Shown here: piece after piece, positions 10,012 through 19,780 of the stretch
How positions within the stretch are numbered: position 1 is the stretch's first letter
Layout: the number at the start of each line of letters is the position of its first letter
Source of the DNA: Longimicrobiales bacterium
GTDB lineage: Bacteria; Gemmatimonadota; Gemmatimonadetes; Longimicrobiales; Gaopeijiaceae
Length of the DNA: 64,000 bases
Direction of reading: 5' to 3'
NCBI GenBank assembly: GCA_965198065.1
Contig: CBDAON010000004.1
Location: 1,760,001-1,824,000 of the forward strand
Made by a program: the position numbers and the translations under genes
Notes under the pieces: generated by a model
Told to the model about the DNA's origin: nothing
The model's database searches: none
Seen by the model: the letters and a program-made list of their open reading frames with translations, nothing else

Positions 10012-11184
10012 TCACGTCGACTCGGCCACGGCCCGGGCGGCTCGAGGCGCGTCTCGACGAATCGTGTGGATGGCGCCCGTAGGCCCGTAGACGTGCCCGA
10101 CGAAGTAGAGGTCGGGCTGATCGAGGCTTTGCACTCCGTCGCGCTGCGGAAAGCCCTCCGCGTCGAGTCGCACGAGTCCCTTGAGGAAGCCCACCGCGGG
10201 TCGGTAGCCCGTCGCCAAAAGCACCACGTCGAACCGTTCCTCGCTTCCGTCACGGAAGTGGACTGCTCCGGCGCTGACGCGCACCACTTCGCCTCTCAAC
10301 GTGACGGTACCGGAGCGGATCGCCGCCGGCAGACTGTCTCCGATGAGTGGTGGCTTCGCCAGAACCGGCCAGTCCGGCACCGGGACAGGCGGGCGGCCGC
10401 GAATCAGGCGCAGCGCTCGGTTGGCAGCACCGGCGATCACGCCCGGCAGCGGGTCCGGTAGCTTGCCGAGCAGGACAGACCAGTATTGCGACGGCACCCC
10501 GAGGATCTTCAGCGGCATGACGTGAGCTCCCGACCGTACGGACACCGCCGTCTCCGCCCGCGCCTCGCCGAGCTCGCCTGCGATCTCACCGGCCGAGTTG
10601 CCCACCCCGACGACCAGAACCTTCCGGCCGACGAAGGGGGCGGGGTCACGGTATTCCGAGCTGTGCAGGATCGTCCCCCCGAAGTGGTCCTCGCCCTCCA
10701 GCTGGGCCCGGCAGGGATTGGAGGCGATGCCCGTGGCCACCACCAGGGTGCGCGCCGAGAGCGTCTCGTCCCCCGTGTCGACGAGCCACCCTGAATCGCC
10801 GCGCCGGGCAGAGACGACGCTCGTTCCGGGCCGGATCGGCAGCTCGAAACGCGCGGCGTAGGTCTTGAGATACCGGACGAAGTGGTCCCGTGGCGGAAAG
10901 AGCGGCATGTCTTCGGGCATCACCATCCCGGGTAAGTGGGACAGGTGCTTCCCTGTGTGCAGGATTAGGCTGCGGTAGTAGCCTGCCCAGCTGGCACCGA
11001 CCGCGTCCCTCTCGAGAACGACGTGCTGGACTCCTCTGAGCTTCAACTCACGGGACACCGCGAGTCCCGCGGGCCCGGCCCCGACTACTATGGACGGAAG
11101 GTCGGCCCGAGTGGAGGAAGCGCTGTTCACCGTCCGGGCGAGGCTGTCTCTAAGCCACGGTCGAAGTGCACCGGCCGACGGCAC
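10012..11184 (-). CDS. Flavin-containing monooxygenase (FMO/YUCCA-like)
   Basis: GAGPAG, ILHSSEY, VVGVGNSAGE and LATGY motifs. Confidence 0.9.
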   Translation of the reverse strand: MPSAGALRPWLRDSLARTVNSASSTRADLPSIVVGAGPAGLAVSRELKLRGVQHVVLERDAVGASWAGYYRSLILHTGKHLSHLPGMVMPEDMPLFPPRDHFVRYLKTYAARFELPIRPGTSVVSARRGDSGWLVDTGDETLSARTLVVATGIASNPCRAQLEGEDHFGGTILHSSEYRDPAPFVGRKVLVVGVGNSAGEIAGELGEARAETAVSVRSGAHVMPLKILGVPSQYWSVLLGKLPDPLPGVIAGAANRALRLIRGRPPVPVPDWPVLAKPPLIGDSLPAAIRSGTVTLRGEVVRVSAGAVHFRDGSEERFDVVLLATGYRPAVGFLKGLVRLDAEGFPQRDGVQSLDQPDLYFVGHVYGPTGAIHTIRRDAPRAARAVAEST

Positions 11185-11388
11185 TCGACCCTTCAGCAGG
11201 GGATGCGGTCGAACATGCGACTAGAATGCCGGAGCGATGTTTGTGAGGCTAGGGGCCGGAGCACTGGCGACACCCCCCGCGATCCCTCATCCTGAGACCC
11301 GCAGGCGCCGGATCGCGAATGGGCCGTGTTTCGAGCCCAGCAAGGCCCGCAGGAGATTATCCGCAGTCCCACGATTAGGGAGGCGACT

Positions 11389-12786
11389 GTGAGTGGACCC
11401 AGTGAGCTGGACGTCAACGACTTCCAGTCCAGGCTTAACCCGACGAGAGTGGGACGCATCGAGGCTCCTACGTCCGCGGAGCGAGTCGCTGAGTTGGTCA
11501 GGGAGGCGGGCCAGAACGGGGCTCACGTATGCATAGCAGGCGGCAGGCACTCCATGGGGGGGCAGCAATTCGCGGAGGGTGCTCTCCTACTGGACATGCG
11601 TGAGCTCAACGGTGTGATCTCCCTCGACCGATCGAGCGGCCTGATGGAGGTCGAGGCCGGAATCCAGTGGCCGGACCTCATAGGCTACCTGCACGACGAA
11701 CAGTCGTCTGACGACGCGCCCTGGGCGATCCGACAGAAGCAGACAGGTGTCGACGATGTCACCGTAGGGGGCTCCCTGGCCGCCAACGGCCATGGCCGGG
11801 GTCTCACGCTCCCCCCGCTGGTGTCGGACGTCGAGTCATTCGCACTCATCGACGCCCAAGGGGAAGCTCGGCACTGTTCCCGCACCGAGAACGCGGAGTT
11901 GTTCTCACTCGCGATCGGAGGGTACGGGCTCTTCGGAGTGATGACGCGCGTGACGCTCCGCCTAGAGCCGCGAAAGAAGGTGCGCAGAGTCGTGTCGATC
12001 ATTCCCGTGCGGGACCTGATAGAGCGTGTCGGCGAGCGCATCGAGCGGGGCTTCCTCTATGGCGATTGCCAGTACTCCGTAGATCTCAGCGTCGAAGCCG
12101 GCTCGCACCCCGGTGTCTTTTCATGCTACCAAGAGGTCGACATCGACACGCCGATCCCTGAGGCCACCGCGCATCTCACGTCGGAAGACTGGGCCGGTCT
12201 GTATCGACTCGTGCGGGAGGACAAGGCTCGCGCGTTCCAGGCCTACTCGATGTACTACCTGGGCTCGTCCGGCCAAGTGTACTGGTCCGATACGCACCAG
12301 CTCTCCAGCGTCTTCGAGGGGTACGTCGGCGCCGTCGACGTCCAGGAAGGGACGGAGATGATCAGTGAGCTCTACGTGCGGCGAGAGGACCTCGTCCCCT
12401 TCCTGGCAGCCGCCAGGGCGGACCTCGTTCAGCACGAGGTCGATGTCACGTACGGGACCATCCGCCTGATCGAGCCGGATGAGGAAACGTTCCTGCCGTG
12501 GGCGACCGAGTCCTGGGCGTGCATCGTAATCAACCTTCACGTCACCCACACGGACGAGGGCATGCGAAGAGCGGCGGAGAACTTCCGACGCCTCATCGAC
12601 CGGGCGATCGAGCTCGGGGGGAGCTACTTCCTGACCTACCATCGCTGGGCTACTCGCGAGCAGGTGGAAGCGTGCTATCCGCGCTTCCCGGACATGCTCC
12701 GGCTCAAGAGAGCCTACGATCCCGCCGAGCTCTTCCAGAGCACGTGGTACCGGCACTACCGGGAGGTGTTCGCTGACCGCCTATAA
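11389..12786 (+). CDS. FAD-binding oxidoreductase (aldonolactone oxidase/DprE1-like)
   Basis: GGRHSMGGQ, VGGSLAANGHG, GGYGLFGV, GGSYFLTY and KRAYDP. GTG 11389 follows a GGGAGG RBS. Confidence 0.85.
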   Translation: MSGPSELDVNDFQSRLNPTRVGRIEAPTSAERVAELVREAGQNGAHVCIAGGRHSMGGQQFAEGALLLDMRELNGVISLDRSSGLMEVEAGIQWPDLIGYLHDEQSSDDAPWAIRQKQTGVDDVTVGGSLAANGHGRGLTLPPLVSDVESFALIDAQGEARHCSRTENAELFSLAIGGYGLFGVMTRVTLRLEPRKKVRRVVSIIPVRDLIERVGERIERGFLYGDCQYSVDLSVEAGSHPGVFSCYQEVDIDTPIPEATAHLTSEDWAGLYRLVREDKARAFQAYSMYYLGSSGQVYWSDTHQLSSVFEGYVGAVDVQEGTEMISELYVRREDLVPFLAAARADLVQHEVDVTYGTIRLIEPDEETFLPWATESWACIVINLHVTHTDEGMRRAAENFRRLIDRAIELGGSYFLTYHRWATREQVEACYPRFPDMLRLKRAYDPAELFQSTWYRHYREVFADRL

Positions 12787-13191
12787 CCCCGGTCCGAGGC
12801 GGAACGTCCAGCGCTTGAAGAGAACGAAGGCGACGGGGGTCACGATCAGCAGGGCGAGTGCTTGTCCGAGCGTCGGGTGCAGCCCTCCGACCTCGACGAG
12901 GAGCGCGAGTACCCCGACGGTTAGCACGGAGACGATCAGGCCTACAATCAAGTAGCGTAGGTAGGCGCTCCAAAAGCCTGCGTGCCCGAGCCGGAAAGTG
13001 AAGTAGCGGTTCCCCAGGTACATGAGGACGTTGGAGATGAAGTAGGCCACGACGGAGGCGACGATATAGGCCATGCCGGCCTCGTAGAGCGCTGCGAAGG
13101 CGGCGAGATTCACTACGTATCCGCCGGCGCCTACGAGCACGAACTTGGCAGGTTGGCCGACGAGAGCAGCGAGTCGGGGATGCGCCGTCAT
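12781..13191 (-). CDS. GtrA family protein
   Basis: KFVLVG, NRYFTF and KRWTF motifs; four TM segments. Confidence 0.85.
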   Translation of the reverse strand: MTAHPRLAALVGQPAKFVLVGAGGYVVNLAAFAALYEAGMAYIVASVVAYFISNVLMYLGNRYFTFRLGHAGFWSAYLRYLIVGLIVSVLTVGVLALLVEVGGLHPTLGQALALLIVTPVAFVLFKRWTFRLGPGL

Positions 13192-13407
13192 TCCTTCGGC
13201 CGCCTTCGTGTAGGGAGCGATCGAATAGGCCGTGACGGGCAGCGGAAACGCAAGCTGTCTTACTACCAGTCGTCAGACTCGTCCGAGTCTCCTGAGCATG
13301 GCTTCGATGCCACGATCGACCGCCGGGCCAAGCTCGGCCCTACCGGCTGCGCTGGCGGGTCCCGCCGCTCGCTAAAGCTTAGGTGAGGCCGTGTCGGCCC
13401 CGGATTT

Positions 13408-13530
13408 AGACTGTGCCAAAAACTGCGCCAACGCCCACCGACGCTGGCACACTCTGACCAACGCTCGATTCAACGATTCCAGCGCCTACGGACGCCCACC
13501 GACGCCAGAAAGGGGCTTGCAAAGCAGGCG
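13408..13530. repeat. 123-bp att-like unit, copy 2
   Basis: Same ends and length as 902-1024 with a diverged middle. Keeps only gcttgcaaagcaggcg of the tRNA-Ala sequence. Confidence 0.85.
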
Positions 13531-13549
13531 GAATGGTCCTTACCAGGTC

Positions 13550-13789
13550 CTAAGGATCCTCTGGCGCGTCCGAATCCCCAGCGTCTTCGAGCAGCGCCCT
13601 GGCCCGCTCTGCTTCGCTGCTATGGACCAATATCCGGGCCTGCCCGGATAAAGACAGGCCGGCATACATCCCACCTGCATCATCCGCAAGGAGCATCGCA
13701 TCGATTCCGGCCGCGCGGAGCGTTTCAAGCGTAAACTCCGCCTCAAGCCGGTACCTAAACGTAGCCACTACTACCGTCTCATCCGCCAT
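13550..13789 (-). CDS. DUF2007 (putative signal-transducing) protein
   Basis: VATFRYRLEAEF...LRAAGI...ARILVHSSEAERARALL. Confidence 0.8.
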   Translation of the reverse strand: MADETVVVATFRYRLEAEFTLETLRAAGIDAMLLADDAGGMYAGLSLSGQARILVHSSEAERARALLEDAGDSDAPEDP

Positions 13790-13878
13790 GAGCCAAGAGC
13801 CCTGAGGTGACTAAAAGCCCAAGAAACGACAGTCGTTAAGAACGCCTGGGCATGGAACTACCCTCGCAACCCGGGACA

Positions 13879-13995
13879 CTACCGGCACCAATATTGGAGC
13901 TTCCCCCGCTCCGCCACGACCCTTAACATAGTTTGGCGATCCACCTTGTCGTAGACCCGCCGGATCGTCTCTTCGCTCCTCCAGCCACCGACTTC
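13879..13995 (-). pseudogene. Tyrosine recombinase/integrase C-terminal relic
   Basis: Manual translation EVGGWRSEETIRRVYDKVDRQTMLRVVAERG matches box II G(H/W)...T..Y. An in-frame stop lies just upstream. Confidence 0.6.
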
Positions 13996-14243
13996 TGACC
14001 GCGTTAGTCATGCCAGCGCAGGCTTCCTTCCCGCTGAAATTCGGAGATGGACCCGTTATAGGCCATGGTTCCTTTCCCTATTGTGGGAACCCATTGTCCG
14101 AATATGGTGGACACACCGCGGCCAGAACGAAAGCTCTCCGTACAAGTGATGATTGGGGAATTCTGCGACTCTGGGAAGAGGGCCAGTGGTCGTCTTAGGA
14201 AGCGGGTGATTACTTCTGGAAGAGCTGATCGCTAGAAGGAGGG

Positions 14244-15247
14244 ATGATGAGCACGCACACACAGGCCATCAGAACGAGCGCCGGGGACGCGGGGTGCTCC
14301 GGTGGGCGGGTTCCGTCGGGCCCGAGACGGTCGCGCTGATCCTGCGCGTCGGCCTGGGGCTGGTCGTGCTTTCCGGCGGGGCGAGCAAGCTCTCGCAGCT
14401 CCTGGACCCGGAGCGCCAAGCGGCGATTCTCGAGCAGTACTGGGGTGCCAGCGGTTATGTGAACACCTTCTTCGACCAGTACCTGTTCGCGGGTGCGCTC
14501 GGCGACTTCCTGACCCCGTGGCTGTTCCTCACAACGCTGTCCGCGTTCGAGTTCATCTCGGGCGGCCTACTCTTGGCGGGCGCTTTGGTCCGGCCGCTCG
14601 CCCTCGTCTGGACCGTTCTCTTCTGGAGCTTCATGGCAGCCCTGCCCGTCGCGACCGCCGTGGGCGTGGATCCGGATCTGACGACCTATCGCACGCCGGC
14701 TCTGCTCGTCCTAATCCGCGACGCTGGCCTGTCGGGGCTCTTCGCCACGCTGTTCATGATCGGAGCGGGAAGGTACAGCTTGGACGAGCGATGGATCGGC
14801 CCGGACGCAACCCGACGGACCGTGAACCTCGATGCGATCGGGCTACTGGCGCGATTCTCGGTGGCACTCCCGCTCCTGGTTGGCGGCGCCTTCCACGGCT
14901 ACGGCAACATTCAGTCCTTCGGCATGCCCGCGTGGGTCCTGACCTTGGTGGCGTTGGCCCTCATCTTGAACGTAGGACCTCGCTTGGCCGGCGTCGCGAC
15001 GGTCGGGATCATGGCTTGGTTCGTGGTCAGCAACTTCGACCCGGGCCGGTCCCTAATCGCGAACATGAACGCGGTGAAGCGGGAGTATGCTTTCCTGGCC
15101 GCTGGCGCCGTCCTTGCGCTCTGGGGAGGAGGTCGCCTCTTCTCGGTGCTGGCGGGGCGGGCCGGTTGGTTGCGACTGCTTCGGCCTGGGCTGACCTTCG
15201 GGGCCGACCCGGTTGCTGCGAACGCCGAAGTTGCCCCACCGGCCTAG
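14244..15247 (+). CDS. DoxX-family membrane protein; possible 5' frameshift
   Basis: LILRVGLG...GASKL, EFISGGLLLAG and GAGRYSLD. The RBS and ATG at 14244 are out of frame with the ORF from 14294 across a G run. Confidence 0.75.
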
Positions 15248-15421
15248 GCGTGCGGGCCCACCTACGGTACGGGCACGGTGGCTCTCCAACCCGACATGGG
15301 TCGCGGCGCGCATCGCGAGCCGGACTCCGTTAGCCGAAACCGCGCCAGCGCATAGATTGAGGGCGTTAGCACCCAGCCCGGCAGACCGCCGGTCTGGTTC
15401 GAGTAACGCAGTAAACGGCGC

Positions 15422-16034
15422 GTGAACCTGAGAGAGGTGCTCGTGGACTCGGATGGTTCGGATTTCCTACCGCGATGGAGAGTTACCGCAGACCGCCTCT
15501 TGAGCGTCGCGGCAATCGTTATCAGCGTCGGCAGTCTCTTCACGATCGCCATACCAAGCGCACCTTACTCGCCAGGCGCAGCGCGCGTCGATGATGCCCT
15601 ACCTAATGGTTTCACTGAGCGCCAACGAGACGGGCGTGCACATCAGTACTACGAATAACGGCGTCGGCCCTGCATTGATCGAGGACGTTCGAATCCTCCA
15701 TGAGGGGCAGGACCTCGAGATGGGTCCATATGATTTCTACCTTGATGAGCGTCCGACCAACGGCATGGCTTTGAGTGTAAACAGGCTCATCCCGGGGATG
15801 CTCATTCCTGCGGGAGGGCGTGTCCAAATGCTAGGGGTGGAGGATTCAGCATCGTGGGACGGCTTCCTAGGAGAGCTCCTGCTCATGTTCGAAGTAGCTG
15901 AGGTCCCACGGAGCTGGTACGCGGACGTCGATGCCCTCGGCTCTCCGAAAGCGGTGATCTAAGTCACGTACTCGTCGGTGTATGGCGAGCGTTGGCGCAT
16001 TCGATCGGATGCGCTTGTTCCGGAAGAGTTGTGA
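15422..16034 (+). pseudogene. Membrane-anchored hypothetical protein, disrupted
   Basis: LLSVAAIVISVGSLFTIA, then a frameshift to YQAHLTRQAQRASMMPYL...NNGVGPA. In-frame TAA at 15960 is followed by VTYSSVYGERW. Confidence 0.65.
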
Positions 16035-16089
16035 TGAGCCACGTCCAGGGTTAGGGAGCAACCCTGCGCGGCTCCGATCACCCCTCCGT

Positions 16090-17374
16090 TGATCTACCCC
16101 CCTAAAACGAGACCGAGTCCAGTTTTAGAATCTGGACGGGGTCAAGACACGAAAGGGGAGGGCACAATGGCCGCACCAAAGAGGCTGAGTCCGGCACAGA
16201 TCATCAACCGGCTACGCAAGGCAGAGGTGGCCCTGGCGAACGGCAATACGACCAAAGAGGTGTGGCGAGACCTGGGGGTGAGCGAGCAGACGTACTACCG
16301 ATGGCGGCGGGAGTACGGGGGAATGAAGCTGGGCCAGGCGAAGCGTCTGAAGGAGCTCGAGAAGCAAAACCAACGCCTGAAGCAGGCGGTGGCGGATCTG
16401 ACGGTCGACAACCTGATTTTGAAGGAAGCCTCCGAGGGAAACTACTGAGCCCCGAGTGGCGCAGGCGGTGCGTGGTGCACGTGCGGCAGCGGCTTGGGGT
16501 GAGCGAAAGGAAGGCGTGCCGGGTGTTGGGCCAGGCGCGCTCGACGCAGCGTCGGATCCCGAAGCGGAGGGAGGACGAGGAGGCGCTGAGACAGGACGTG
16601 GTGAAGGTGGCCCGACGGTTTGGACGCTACGGGTACCGGATGGTGACGGGGATGCTGAGGACGGAGGGCTGGGCCGTGAACCACAAGCGGGTGGAGCGGA
16701 TCTGGAGACAGGAGGGGCTCAAGGTGCCAAGTAAGCAGCCGAAACGAGGGAAGGCTGTGGCTGACCGACGGTTCTTGTATCCGACTGCGGCCCCTGTACC
16801 GACACCATGTATGGGCGTATGACTTCGTGGCGGACCGGACGCATGATGGACGGCCGCTCAAGATGCTGACGGTGCTGGATGAGTACAGCCGGGAGTGCCT
16901 GGCGATCGTGGTGACTCGCAGGCTTCAGGCGGACGATGTTCTGCAGACGCTGAGCGAGCTGTTTGCCGAGCACGGTCCACCGGCGAATCTTCGCTCCGAC
17001 AACGGTCCGGAGTTCACGGCCCGAGTGGTTCGGCAGTGGCTCGGTGAGCTAGGCGTGAAGACGCTGTTCATCGAGCCGGGCAGCCCGTGGGAGAACGGCT
17101 ACAATGAGAGCTTTAACGGCACGCTCCGAAACGAGCTGCTGAAGCGCGAAATCTTCTGTTCGCTGGAGGAGGCGAAGGTGCTGATCGAGCAGTGGCGGCG
17201 CGAATACAACACGCATCGACCGCACAGCTCTCTGGGTTATCGACCCCCGGCCCCCGAAGCGATCCGGCCAGACCCAAAGCTGCTCAACCTACCTCTGCTT
17301 CTTGGACCACCCCCCAGCCAAAAGGAGGTGCTTGGACTAACACTCTAGGTGGTACCGCTTTTGGGGGCAGGTCA
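16090..17374 (+). mobile_element. IS3-family element (IS407-like) with an extra frameshift in orfB
   Basis: TG...CA ends with IRs tgatctaccccc / tgacctgccccc. orfA is 16167-16448 with a GGGAAAC slippery site. orfB has WAYDF, SDNGPEF, SPWENGYNESFN and RPHSSLGY. Confidence 0.92.
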
Positions 17375-18185
17375 CCATGCCAGGGTTACGCTGGCCAACA
17401 CTGCGCACACTCGGGTCACAACTCGGTTACGACTCATCGATTTTGTCTCAGGGAGCAAAAGGGAGTACCGATGCTATCCCGGACCAGGCTGCCACGGCTA
17501 CGTCCCCTTTGCTGCGTTAGATGAACTGGTACAGACGGGCTGCGTTTCGACCGATCGCGACCGAGGCCACCCTCTGGTTCAAGCGGTCCTCCAGGAGCGG
17601 TTCAAGAATCCGTTGGCGGAGCCCGATCCGCCTCTCGTACGTAGCCGGAACTCTAGGGACATCGCCTCTTTGCCCGTTGTTGACACCGCACGAAGCAGGC
17701 TCGTCAATGTACGGGTATGGAGATTTTTACGGCCCAGGGTTCCACGCGTCGGGCGACGAGTTTGTTTGGTGCACGGGAGCTAGCTTACCCAATGTGCGTA
17801 CATTGGGCTCTGGCGAGGGGGCACGGCGCTCCCCCTTCGAACCCCCGGCGGCGCGCGGCCCTGTCGTGCCGGCGGGCGGGCGGCTCAGCTCCCCGACAGA
17901 CACCCCTTGCCGGTGCGCGCTGATGGGCGAGCGCCGCACCGGCGAGAGCCGTCAGCCGCGTGTCGTCGGCGGAGCGCCGCCGACCAGCCAAGGTGCCCCC
18001 GTCGCGTGCGCGCGGCCGCAGTCCGGCCGGACACGTTGCTTCCGGCCGACGGTGGCGCGGTCGTCCCGGTGGCCGGCGCGCTCACGGTCTTGCCGCTGCT
18101 ATCATTGCTCCGCACAGATTGTCGCCGGGCGTCGACGCCCGCGCCTGACAGCCGCTACAGCGCCCTTCTGACGAACGACCGACCC

Positions 18186-18435
18186 GTGGCCGAAGGCAGC
18201 CTGACGAAGGCGGCGCTTGTCGAGGAGGTGGCCCACGTCGCCGGTCTCACGAAGAAGCGCACCGAGGTGATTGTCGAAACCATGTTCCGTAGCATCGCGG
18301 AGGCGGCTGCACCAAGGGAAGAAGGTCGAACCCCGCGGCTTCGGCAGTTTCCGTCTCCGGCGCCGTGGGCCGCACAGAGGCCGCAACCCCAGGACCGGCG
18401 ACCGGGTGGACGTGCCGTCGAAGCGCGTCGCTTAG
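18186..18435 (+). pseudogene. IHF/HU-family DNA-binding protein, frameshifted and truncated
   Basis: LTKAALVEEVA...IVETMF, then in another frame KVEPRGFGSFRLR...GRNPRTGDRVDVPSKRVA*. Confidence 0.85.
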
Positions 18436-18571
18436 GACTCTGACGGAAATTACCTTACCGCATCCCAAGCGGGCGCTGAAGCTGGCAAGTCTATATCGAT
18501 CGGTATCCTTGAAGGGTTCGGCCGGCGTGCCATTCAATTAAATCGATCACCGAATTGCGAAAGGTAGCCGA

Positions 18572-19780
18572 ATGCAGGCGATGTTGACGTGGCTCGACCT
18601 GACGGCGAGCGACCGGGACAAGATGCGGCGCGTGCTGGATCTGTTCAAGGAGCAGGGCACGCTCGACGAGATGGGGATCGGGAGCCTGCGGGACGTGCTG
18701 TCGGACGCGCTGTTTCCCGGCACGTCGTCTATCCAGACCCGACTGCGGTACGTGCTGTTCATCCCGTGGATCTATCGGCGGTTGGAAGATCGAAAGGTCC
18801 GGGCCGCCGAGGTGGAGCGAGCCGCTCGGAAGGCCGAGGTTGATCTCATCGGCCCGCTCGAACGGAACTCGGACAACGCGGGGATCATCGGCCAGAGGGC
18901 TCGGGGCTCGCTCGTACGGTTGCCGAGTTCCGTCTATTGGAGCGCGCTCACGCGGTGGGGCATATTTCAGCCCCAGCAGAGCCTGGGTTGGTACCACTCA
19001 CGCTTCGATGCGCTCGTGGATGGACGCGGCGTTGTCGGGCGAGCGGACGATCCGGGCGTGATCTGGAGCCAGCAGGCGCATTGGCATCCGCGGCTGCCCG
19101 AGCCGCCAGCGGGGTTCCCCTGGGAAGCGTCATTCGCGTTGACCCATGACGAGGCCGACTTCTTGCGCGGCCGCATGGAGGAACGGTGCGCGGGCACCCT
19201 GCTGGCATGGCTGGTGCGGAACGGATCGGATTCGCCGGCGGAGAACGTCTGGGAGGATCCCGATGCGCTGCGCGCCCCGGAGAGGATTCGAGACATCTTG
19301 GAACTGGCGCGGCGGTTCTCGCTCCACGTCGAGGGCATGCCGCTGCTCTACAACCTGCTTGTGGCGGAACGCCGGCGTGACGTCCTTGACTCAGACGAGG
19401 ACAAATCGATCGACGAATTCCGGGCAGGCCTCGCCGAGTGGGCAGCCGGGGAGGCCGACGAGGACCGCCCGTTCGAGCCTGATGCGCTTTGGCAACTGGT
19501 CGTCCAGCGTGGTGGACGCCTCCCGTATCCGCAACGCGTCTTCATCGAAAGCTGGTCGCGACGGATCGCCGAACTGGGTCCCGACAGGGTCGCCGATGAC
19601 AATCGGTTGCGGACGTTGGTCACCGAACGCGAGCTCTGCCTCAAGGGCGCACGGGCACGGCTGGCGAACCGGAACCGCCTGATGGACTGGATGCCAGGGG
19701 TCGGTGTCGGGCGGATGGACTTCCGCTGGTTTCGGGTCCGGCAGTTCATGATCGACCTGCACCGGGGGGTTGCCGCCTGA
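18572..19780 (+). CDS. DUF6361-family protein (Azaca-like component)
   Basis: LTWLD, GTLDEMGIGSLRD, LFPGTSSIQTRLRYVLFIPW and PSSVYW. Confidence 0.8.
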   Translation: MQAMLTWLDLTASDRDKMRRVLDLFKEQGTLDEMGIGSLRDVLSDALFPGTSSIQTRLRYVLFIPWIYRRLEDRKVRAAEVERAARKAEVDLIGPLERNSDNAGIIGQRARGSLVRLPSSVYWSALTRWGIFQPQQSLGWYHSRFDALVDGRGVVGRADDPGVIWSQQAHWHPRLPEPPAGFPWEASFALTHDEADFLRGRMEERCAGTLLAWLVRNGSDSPAENVWEDPDALRAPERIRDILELARRFSLHVEGMPLLYNLLVAERRRDVLDSDEDKSIDEFRAGLAEWAAGEADEDRPFEPDALWQLVVQRGGRLPYPQRVFIESWSRRIAELGPDRVADDNRLRTLVTERELCLKGARARLANRNRLMDWMPGVGVGRMDFRWFRVRQFMIDLHRGVAA

